Origin: an uncultured Verrucomicrobiota bacterium
GTDB taxonomy: Bacteria > Verrucomicrobiota > Verrucomicrobiia > Limisphaerales > CAZIFU01
Direction of reading: 5' to 3'
Length of the DNA stretch: 64,000 nt
Assembly (NCBI GenBank): GCA_964539075.1
Contig: CAZIFU010000287.1
Coordinates: 15,134-79,133, forward strand
Positions 55,539 to 62,928 of the stretch are shown piece by piece (position 1 is the first letter of the stretch; every line of letters starts with the position of its first letter). The notes beneath the pieces are model-generated. The model was not told the DNA's origin, ran no database searches, and saw only the letters and a program-made list of their open reading frames with translations. The position numbers and the translations under genes were made by a program.

Positions 55539-56501
55539 TCACTTCGTCAAGCCGGGAAACGTCGCCTCCACCGACATGCCGGCGCGCAGTTGGCCGTCGG
55601 GATTCTCCAGCCGCAGCTTCACGCCGAAGACCTGCTTGATGCGCTCGTCGGCGGTCTGCACGTTGCGCGGGGTGAACTCGGCGGCGCGGCCAATCTGCTC
55701 GACCGCGCCCTTGAACTCCCTGTCGGGGAACGCGTCGGCGCGAGCCGTTACGGCGTCCCCAAGTTGGATGTGTCCCAGCCACGGTTGCGGCACGAAGACG
55801 CGCACCCAAAGATGATTGGTCAACAGCAGCGTGGCCACCTCGCGGTTCGGCGCGAGCACGTCGCCCGGCTTCACGCTCAACACTTCGAGCACGCAATTGG
55901 TCGGCGCCGCGATGGTCATCTCGCGGAGCTGCGCGTCGGTCTCGGCCAGTTGCGCGCGCGCCTGAGCCAGCCGCTCCGGCCGCGTGCCCGCCAGCAGCAG
56001 GTCGTAACGCGCCTTGGCGGCGGCGGCGCTTTTCTCCCGCGTGGTCGCCTGGCTCACCGCGCGGTCGCGCTCGGTTTCAGAAACCGTCTTGTCGCGGAAC
56101 AATTCCTCAGCGCGCTTGCGCTCGGTGCGGGCGAGGTCCAGTTCGGCCAGTTGCGCCTCCCACTCGGCCTGGACGGCGGCGATTTCCTCCTTGCGCGGGC
56201 CGGCTTCCCACTCGGCGAGCATCGCGGCCATTTGTTCGCGGCGCGCGCGGAGTTCGGCGGCGTCGAGCTGGACGATGGGCTGGCCGGTTTGCAGTGCGTC
56301 GCCTTCCTGCGCAAAAATTTTCTCCACGCGCCCGCCGTAGCGCGAGGCGACGCGGGCCTCGTCGGTTTCAATCGTGCCGGAGACGCCCGCCCGGTCCGCG
56401 GGGAAAGCCGCCCGGTCGCAGGCCGCCAGCAAAAGCAGCGGCAGGAGCGCGGCGCCGAGTGTGATGCCAGAATTGATGTTCACCCGGCGCGAACATAGCA
56501 A
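55539..56501 (-). CDS. HlyD-family secretion adaptor (YbhG-like lipoprotein)
   Basis: LLAAC lipobox, VSGTIE, VASRYGGRV, AEFTPRNVQT, LRAGMSV. Confidence 0.9.
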   Translation of the reverse strand: MLCSRRVNINSGITLGAALLPLLLLAACDRAAFPADRAGVSGTIETDEARVASRYGGRVEKIFAQEGDALQTGQPIVQLDAAELRARREQMAAMLAEWEAGPRKEEIAAVQAEWEAQLAELDLARTERKRAEELFRDKTVSETERDRAVSQATTREKSAAAAKARYDLLLAGTRPERLAQARAQLAETDAQLREMTIAAPTNCVLEVLSVKPGDVLAPNREVATLLLTNHLWVRVFVPQPWLGHIQLGDAVTARADAFPDREFKGAVEQIGRAAEFTPRNVQTADERIKQVFGVKLRLENPDGQLRAGMSVEATFPGLTK

Positions 56502-56586
56502 GCGCGCCCGCGCGGTTCAATGCCGCAAAGAAACCTGTCCAAATGACGCCATTGGTATATTTTGACGGTGGCGAAAAGGTTTCCGC

Positions 56587-57243
56587 ATGACGTTTGCATC
56601 GCGCAATGAAGCCGGCGAACAATTGGGCCGCCGTCTGCAGCAGCAAAAGGTTGCGGCCGACCTGGTGCTGGGACTGCCGCGCGGCGGCGTGGTGGTGGCC
56701 GCGGCGGTGGCCCGCGCCCTGGGCTGTCCGCTCGACGTGATCGTCGTGCGCAAGATCGGACACCCGCGCCACCGCGAGTTCGCCGTGGGCGCGCTGGCCG
56801 AGGACGGCACGGTGGTTCTGGACGAAGCCTCGTTGGACAACACCGGGGTCAATCGCGCCGAACTGGATGAAGTGATCGCGGAGGAATCGCAGCGGCTGAT
56901 GGATTACCGGGGGAAGTTTCACCGGGCCGGTTTGCCCGCGCTCAAGGGCCGGCGTGTTCTGATCGTGGATGATGGCCTGGCGACGGGCGCGACGATGGAC
57001 GTAGCGGTGCGCGCCGCGAAGAACCAGGGTGCGCTCCAGGCAGTCGTGGCGGTTCCCGTCGCGTCGGACAGCGGCGTGGACCGGTTGCGGCGCGCCGCCG
57101 ACGACGTCATCGCGCTGCTGGTGGACCCGGGCTTCATGGCCGTGGGGCAATACTACGTGCGGTTCGATCAAACCTCGGACGAGGAAGTGGTGCAACTCCT
57201 GGACGCGGCCCGCGCTCGCGCCGATTCGCCGTCGTCGTCGTGA
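56587..57243 (+). CDS. Phosphoribosyltransferase-family protein
   Basis: LGLPRGGV, VRKIG, LIVDDGLATGAT, AVGQYY..FDQTSDEEV. Confidence 0.92.
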   Translation: MTFASRNEAGEQLGRRLQQQKVAADLVLGLPRGGVVVAAAVARALGCPLDVIVVRKIGHPRHREFAVGALAEDGTVVLDEASLDNTGVNRAELDEVIAEESQRLMDYRGKFHRAGLPALKGRRVLIVDDGLATGATMDVAVRAAKNQGALQAVVAVPVASDSGVDRLRRAADDVIALLVDPGFMAVGQYYVRFDQTSDEEVVQLLDAARARADSPSSS

Positions 57244-57312
57244 CCCGCACTGCGGAAGAAGATTTTCCGCGCGCGGACGGCGAAATAAACCGGGAGGCGA
57301 AGATTGTCCGGA

Positions 57313-57397
57313 AAACCTTGAACCCTGAACCTCGAACCTTGAAGATCGGCGCCGAACCGGGTGGCGTTCAAAGTTCGAGGTTCAAGGTTCAAGGTTT
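57313..57397. repeat. Heptamer-tandem hairpin between convergent genes
   Basis: (GAACCTT/C)n arm and (TTCAAGG)n inverted arm. Confidence 0.75.
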
Positions 57398-57481
57398 GTT
57401 TGGTTGCGGCTTTGCCGCGTCAGTCCTTTATGTCCTCGTTGTTTGACTATTTGCCCGATTCAGGAACAAGCGCCACCGTGG

Positions 57482-58567
57482 CTACAGGTGTTCGCCCGCC
57501 AGCACGTCCGTCTCCTTCAACGCGAGCGGGAATGGTTCCAGCGGCATCGGCCGGTCGTGGTTCAGGAACACTTCGCAGACGCGGCAGAAATCGGCCCCGG
57601 TCGTCACGCGGCGGATCTGGTGGAGGAACTGCCCCGTCGGCTCGACGCCCAGGCCGATGTAGTTCATGTATTTTTTCATCTTCTGCACGTGCGCGTTCTC
57701 CTTGACGCCCGCAGGCCGCACGGTTTCAAACAGCTCGCGAACATAGCGCCACACGTCGTGGCCGCGCGGCACGAAAAGCGTCTCGCCACGCCGGTGCTGG
57801 CGGATTTGGTGAAAGAGCCAAGGATTGCGAATCGCGCCGCGCCCGATCATCAAACCGCGCGCGCCGGTCTGCTGGAGGACTTCCGCGGCCTTCGCGGCGG
57901 AATAGACATTGCCATTGGCCAGCACGGGGCAGCGGACGGCGGCGGCCGCGCGGGCGATGTAATCGTAATGGACCTCGCTGCGATACATCTCCGCCACCGT
58001 GCGCCCGTGGACCGTCAACAGGTCAATCGCATGCTTCGCGAAAATCGGCAGCAGTTCATCGAACACCTGGGGTGAGTCGAAGCCAAGGCGCGTTTTGACG
58101 GTGAACTTGATCGTGATGGCGTCGCGCAACGCGCCGAGGATGGCGTCCACGCGCTGCGGCTCGCGCAGCAAACCGCCGCCGGCACACTTGCGATAGACCA
58201 CCGGCGCGGGGCAGCCGAGGTTGAGGTCCACGGCCACGATGGGGAGTTGCTGCAGTTCCCTCGCCGTGCGCACGAGCGCCGGGATGTCGTTGCCGATCAT
58301 CTGCGCGACGACGGGCCGGCCGGTCGGATTCTGCGTGATGGATTCAAGTATCCACGGCTCCAGGTTCGACGTGGCATGGACGCGGAAATACTCGGTGAAA
58401 TAAACGTCCGGCCCGCCGTAACGCGCCATGAGCCGCCAGAACGGCAAATCGGTCACGTCCTGCATCGGCGCCAGCACAAGGATCGGCGCGGCGCCACGCA
58501 GCAGGGCGTCAAATTGTTCGTGATGACTCACGCGAGGATTTAACCACGGAGGGACAAGGATGAACAC
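57482..58567 (-). CDS. dus: tRNA-dihydrouridine synthase family protein (start may be GTG at 58531)
   Basis: LAPMQDVT, AQMIG, DLNLGCP, TVKTRLG, TVHGRT, ANGNV, MIGRGA. Confidence 0.92.
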   Translation of the reverse strand: MFILVPPWLNPRVSHHEQFDALLRGAAPILVLAPMQDVTDLPFWRLMARYGGPDVYFTEYFRVHATSNLEPWILESITQNPTGRPVVAQMIGNDIPALVRTARELQQLPIVAVDLNLGCPAPVVYRKCAGGGLLREPQRVDAILGALRDAITIKFTVKTRLGFDSPQVFDELLPIFAKHAIDLLTVHGRTVAEMYRSEVHYDYIARAAAAVRCPVLANGNVYSAAKAAEVLQQTGARGLMIGRGAIRNPWLFHQIRQHRRGETLFVPRGHDVWRYVRELFETVRPAGVKENAHVQKMKKYMNYIGLGVEPTGQFLHQIRRVTTGADFCRVCEVFLNHDRPMPLEPFPLALKETDVLAGEHL

Positions 58568-58598
58568 GAATAAGATGCCGTTTCAAAAGTCTCATTTG

Positions 58599-58675
58599 GT
58601 GGGGCGAGCGTCCTCGCGAGCCCTGACTCGGTGAAGCCTTATTGATTCGAAGGCTCGCGGGGACGTTCGCCCCAC
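58599..58675. repeat. GTGG-type REP pair
   Basis: gtggggcgagcgtcctcgcgagcc / ggctcgcggggacgttcgccccac. Confidence 0.8.
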
Positions 58676-58722
58676 CTTTTTGAAACGACTTCCCAAAGCA
58701 GGAGCTCCGCGCGCCGGGCGGT

Positions 58723-59592
58723 TCATTCGAATTGCGGGTGCGCTTGCAAACGTTCCCAGGTCCCGGGCGACAGCGGCGCCTGGCGGTAAACGGGTTCCCC
58801 GAGCGGCTCGGCGCTGGTCGAGTTGCGCGCGCGCTTCAACCATTTCCGGTCGAGCGGCTCCTCGATCAACGTCCGCGTGTTGGCGGCGATGGTGGTTTCC
58901 TCCTTCTCACCCGTGGCGTGGCCGGCGCCGACGAAGAAGCCCGCGAGCAACAGCGTGACGCGGAGCATCGTGCTGCGCGAGTAGGTCGGCAGCGCGCAGG
59001 GACGCTGCGCATCGAGCAGCCGGAACAGGTTGGTGAACAATGGCAGCGTCCACATCGCCGGATTTTTCGCCGGTGAGAACGCATCGAACAAAATCGCGTG
59101 CGGGGCGGGGAGCGGGGAAGCGGGCGAGCGGGCAAGTGAGCGATGGAGAAGAGAAGGGAAATCGCCGAGGTGAAGTTCCCAGGCCACGTTCTGCCGGGCG
59201 TCGCGGAAATTCACGTGGTGCGTTTTGAGAAGCGTTTGCAACGGCGTTCCGTAGCCGCCGAAGTAGCCGAGCGCGTCGGCGTGTTCGAGCGCGAATTCGA
59301 GCGGCTCCAACGTCCGATCGAAACTGACCAGCCGGAGCGTCGCGGGGAGGTCGCGCGTGGCCCGCAGCACCGTGAGCGCGTTGGCAGCGGCGCCCAGGCC
59401 CACGTCCCAGACCACGAATTCGCCGTGATGGTCGCGTAGTCGCTCGACCAGCCGCAGTTGCCTGACATAAAGCGCCTCCGCCTCGGCGACGGGGCCGATG
59501 ACGGGATGAAACGTTTCGCGCTCGGCCAGCGAATGGACGCTGTGCACGCCGCAGGCCAGCCTCACCATTTTGTAGCCGGAGAGGGGTGGCAC
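58723..59592 (-). CDS. MnmC/MnmD-like SAM-dependent tRNA methyltransferase
   Basis: ETFHP, EAEALYV, WDVGLGAAAN, LFDAFSPAKNPAMW, TYS, KEETT. Confidence 0.8.
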   Translation of the reverse strand: MPPLSGYKMVRLACGVHSVHSLAERETFHPVIGPVAEAEALYVRQLRLVERLRDHHGEFVVWDVGLGAAANALTVLRATRDLPATLRLVSFDRTLEPLEFALEHADALGYFGGYGTPLQTLLKTHHVNFRDARQNVAWELHLGDFPSLLHRSLARSPASPLPAPHAILFDAFSPAKNPAMWTLPLFTNLFRLLDAQRPCALPTYSRSTMLRVTLLLAGFFVGAGHATGEKEETTIAANTRTLIEEPLDRKWLKRARNSTSAEPLGEPVYRQAPLSPGTWERLQAHPQFE

Positions 59593-59598
59593 AGCGGG

Positions 59599-61815
59599 TC
59601 AACGCACGGCGCGTTTGCGTTTGCCGCCGCGCGGGTAGCGGACTTTGACAGGGGCGGCGGGCGACTGCATTCCCAGTGCACCGCGTTTGAGTTCGTTGAT
59701 CTGATCGCGGAGCAGCGCGGCTTTTTCGAACTCCAGGTTGTTGGCGGCTTCGAGCATTTCGGCTTCGAGTTCGCGGAGGGTCTCGGTCACGTCGAAGTTG
59801 CCGCCGGCTTCGTTGATCACGGCCGCGGCGCGGGCGGAGCCTTCGCGATACACCGCCAGGCTGTCCTCGACGGCGCGGCTGACGCTGCGCGGGGTGATGT
59901 GGTGCTCGCGGTTGTAGGCGAGCTGCTTCTCGCGGCGGTAGTTGGAAATGGCCAGAAACTTTTGAATGCTCTGCGTCATCACGTCGGCGTAAAGGATCAC
60001 TTCACCGTTCAGATGGCGTGCGGCGCGGCCGGCGGTCTGAATCAAACTCGTCTCGCTCCGGAGAAAACCTTCCTTGTCAGCGTCGAGAATGGCGACGAGC
60101 GACACCTCCGGCAGATCGAGGCCTTCGCGCAGCAGGTTGATGCCGACGAGCACGTCGAACTCGCCCTTGCGGAGCCCGCGCAGAATCTCGACACGCTCGA
60201 TGGCGTCAATCTCGCTGTGCAGGTAACGGACGTTGATGCCGATGTCGCGGAGGTAATCGGTCAGTTCCTCGGCGGTGCGCTTGGTCAGCGTGGTGACGAG
60301 CACGCGCTCTTTTTGCTCGACCCGTTTGCGCGCCTCGTTGATGAGGTCATCAATCTGGCCCTTGAGCGGTTTGACGGTGATGACCGGGTCCACCAGGCCG
60401 GTGGGGCGGACGACCTGTTCGACGACGCCGGAATTTCCACTGCCCAGGCCCTCGCTTTGCGGGACCACCCTCTCCCCACCCGATGGGGAGAGGGACGGGG
60501 TGAGGGGTGCTCTTGTTTCTTCCGTAGCAGCCGACGTGAGGAGGCTCTGATCAATGTCCTTTGAAGAATGAGCCTCCTCACGTCGGCTGCTACGAACTTG
60601 AAGGGCACTCTCCCCTGCCCATTGAATTTCCCGACCGCCTGGCGTGGCGCTGACATAAATGGTCTGGTTCTGGTGGCCTTGAAACTCGCCGAAGTTCAGG
60701 GGGCGATTGTCGAGCGCGCTGGGGAGCCGGAAACCGTGCTCGACGAGGACGGTCTTGCGCGAGCGGTCGCCTTCGTACATCCCGCCGATCTGCGGGACGG
60801 TGGCGTGCGACTCGTCAATCACAAGCAGGAAATCCGGCGGGAAAAATTCCATCAAGGTGCAGGGCCGCGAACCGGCCGGCCGGCCGGTGATGTGGCGCGA
60901 ATAATTTTCAATGCCGGAACAAAAGCCCATCTCCTCCATCATCTCCAGGTCGTACTCGGTGCGCATCTTGACGCGCTGGGCTTCAAGCAGTTTGCCGTGC
61001 TTTTCGAACCACGCGATGCGGTCGCCCAGTTCCTCGCGGATGGTCAGGACGGCGCGCTTTGTTTTTTCAGCGGGCGTGACGAATTGTTTGCCGGGGAAAA
61101 CGGTGACCACTTCCAGGCCCTCGATTTTGTCACCGGTGAGCGGCTCGAAGCGGGTCAGGCGCTCCACCCGGTCGCCGAAAAACTCGATGCGCAACGCGTC
61201 TTCCACGTAGGCGGGGCACAGTTCGACGGTGTCGCCGCGCACGCGGAACTGGCCGCGGGTGAACTCGATGTCGTTGCGGTTGTATTGCAGGTCCACCAAA
61301 CGGAGGAGGAACTGGTCGCGGGTCAGTTCCTGGCCGGCGCGCAAGTGGACGAGCATCGTCTCGTAATCCTCCCGGCTGCCGATGCCATAGATGCACGAGA
61401 CGCTGGCGACCACGATCACGTCGCGTCGCGCGAAGAGCGAACTCATCGTCGAGAGCCGCATCCGCTCGATCTCCTCGTTCACGCTGGAATCCTTCTCGAT
61501 GAAGGTGTCGGTGCGCGGGATGTAGGCTTCGGGCTGGTAATAATCGAAATAACTCACGAAATACTCGACGGCGTTGCGCGGAAAAAAACTTTTGAATTCG
61601 GCGTAAAGCTGCGCCGCGAGCGTCTTGTTGTGCGAGATGACGAGCGTGGGCTTGTTTACGTTTTGGATGGCATTGGCGATGGTGAAGGTCTTGCCGGAGC
61701 CGGTGACGCCGAGCAGCACCTGATGCTTCGCGCCGGACAACAGCCCCTCGGTCAGCTTCGCAATCGCTTGCGGCTGGTCACCGGCGGGCGCGTATGGGGC
61801 GACGAGTTCGAACAT
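59599..61815 (-). CDS. uvrB: Excinuclease ABC subunit B with ~60-aa repeat-derived insert
   Basis: [50 protein letters not shown]-terminal UVR domain. Confidence 0.97.
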   Translation of the reverse strand: MFELVAPYAPAGDQPQAIAKLTEGLLSGAKHQVLLGVTGSGKTFTIANAIQNVNKPTLVISHNKTLAAQLYAEFKSFFPRNAVEYFVSYFDYYQPEAYIPRTDTFIEKDSSVNEEIERMRLSTMSSLFARRDVIVVASVSCIYGIGSREDYETMLVHLRAGQELTRDQFLLRLVDLQYNRNDIEFTRGQFRVRGDTVELCPAYVEDALRIEFFGDRVERLTRFEPLTGDKIEGLEVVTVFPGKQFVTPAEKTKRAVLTIREELGDRIAWFEKHGKLLEAQRVKMRTEYDLEMMEEMGFCSGIENYSRHITGRPAGSRPCTLMEFFPPDFLLVIDESHATVPQIGGMYEGDRSRKTVLVEHGFRLPSALDNRPLNFGEFQGHQNQTIYVSATPGGREIQWAGESALQVRSSRREEAHSSKDIDQSLLTSAATEETRAPLTPSLSPSGGERVVPQSEGLGSGNSGVVEQVVRPTGLVDPVITVKPLKGQIDDLINEARKRVEQKERVLVTTLTKRTAEELTDYLRDIGINVRYLHSEIDAIERVEILRGLRKGEFDVLVGINLLREGLDLPEVSLVAILDADKEGFLRSETSLIQTAGRAARHLNGEVILYADVMTQSIQKFLAISNYRREKQLAYNREHHITPRSVSRAVEDSLAVYREGSARAAAVINEAGGNFDVTETLRELEAEMLEAANNLEFEKAALLRDQINELKRGALGMQSPAAPVKVRYPRGGKRKRAVR
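60459..60593. repeat. In-frame GTAG REP hairpin plus CCCTCACCCC element inside uvrB
   Basis: Perfect 23-bp arms at 60524-60546 and 60571-60593; second element at about 60461-60507. Confidence 0.9.
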
Positions 61816-61870
61816 TTCTGATCGCGCGGGTTTTCCTCGGGCAAGCGCAAAGAGACGATTGCACGGCGAT

Positions 61871-62158
61871 TCAAATAGCCTTGGCCAGTTGGCGGCGCTT
61901 CATGCCCAGGCGAAAAAGGGTTTGCAGCAGCAGGTCAATGGATACCGTGGCATCGGCCGCCTCCATCTTGGCAACACGGGATTGACTGGTTTTCAAGCGC
62001 GCCGCCAAGGCCGTCTGCGTGAGTCCCTGTTCCTGTCGCAAAGCGCGCACCTGACGGGCGAGCGCCCGTCGCATCTCGATGAATTCCAGGTCGGCGTCGG
62101 ACAGGTCTAGGAAGTCCTGCACCGAGCCTTCCACCCAACCGTTTTTCAACTTTTTCAT
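61871..62158 (-). CDS. XRE/HTH antitoxin
   Basis: [24 protein letters not shown]; overlaps toxin by 4 nt. Confidence 0.9.
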   Translation of the reverse strand: MKKLKNGWVEGSVQDFLDLSDADLEFIEMRRALARQVRALRQEQGLTQTALAARLKTSQSRVAKMEAADATVSIDLLLQTLFRLGMKRRQLAKAI

Positions 62159-62487
62159 GGCTGGCTTGCTTCGTAGAGTTTCACCCGCCGCCGGCAGTTT
62201 TGGATTACTGCGTCCGGCGTTTTTTCAGTCTTCTTCTCAAACACGTCCAGAACCACGACGGCGTCCGCTTCGAGGCGGTAAATCACCCGCCACGCTTTGT
62301 TCCGGTCGTTCACGCGCAACTCGTGGCAGCGCGGACCGATGATCGGCATCGGGCGGGAGTGGGGCAGACCCAGGTTCTCGCCGTCCTGCAAGTCTCGCAA
62401 GAGCATCCCGATTTCCCGCCGGGCTTCCACGCTCATCGGCGGGGTTTTCACCTCGCCGTGCAGCCAGCGCAGGGGCTTGCCGTTCAT
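62155..62487 (-). CDS. RelE-like (Gp49/DUF891-type) toxin
   Basis: LPHSRPMPIIGPRCHELRV, WRVIYR, FEKKTEKTP. Confidence 0.9.
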   Translation of the reverse strand: MNGKPLRWLHGEVKTPPMSVEARREIGMLLRDLQDGENLGLPHSRPMPIIGPRCHELRVNDRNKAWRVIYRLEADAVVVLDVFEKKTEKTPDAVIQNCRRRVKLYEASQP

Positions 62488-62497
62488 CGTGCGATGG

Positions 62498-62526
62498 AAG
62501 CTATGTCAGAACAGGTATAGTGTCAA
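62498..62526 (-). promoter_or_regulatory. Putative sigma70 promoter of the RelE-XRE cassette
   Basis: TTGACA-17 nt-TAGCTT, 10 nt before ATG. Confidence 0.65.
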
Positions 62527-62533
62527 CCGCGTG

Positions 62534-62658
62534 CCCCGTGATACCGACCAGCTTCTGGTGCTTCGCGCCGGACAACAGCCCGTCGGTCCGGTTCGCAACT
62601 CCGAAAGCTTTCGAGGCCGGTCACCGGCGGGTTTGAACGATGCGGACAACTCAAACCT
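62534..62658 (-). pseudogene. Degenerate duplicate of the uvrB 5' end
   Basis: RFELSASFKPAGD...[+8 nt]...[22 protein letters not shown] versus Uvr[14 protein letters not shown]...[22 protein letters not shown]; exact 23-nt match tgcttcgcgccggacaacagccc. Confidence 0.9.
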
Positions 62659-62928
62659 GCCAATCGAACGTCTGAGCAGGCGCGAGCGTGTCAACACGGG
62701 TGGTGTCACGATTTTCGGGAAAGGGGTCCAGCGCCGGGAGGCACGCGTTGATTCGGTCAAAAAGCGCCGTCAGAGAGGCGCTCACCATCGCGACGGGCCT
62801 GCCGAACATCCGCCGGGCGTTTCCGGGCGAATAATTACTTCACTTCGGCCGGCTTTCAGTTAATCTGGACAATCACAAGCACACACGATGCGCCCGCCTC
62901 ACGCAAAGCAGTATTCACCGACGGCGTT

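Noticed and set aside
60431-60613. UvrB insert as an intein or intron
   Set aside because: No N-terminal Cys/Ser plus C-terminal His-Asn intein motifs, too short, and fully explained by two dispersed DNA repeat families.
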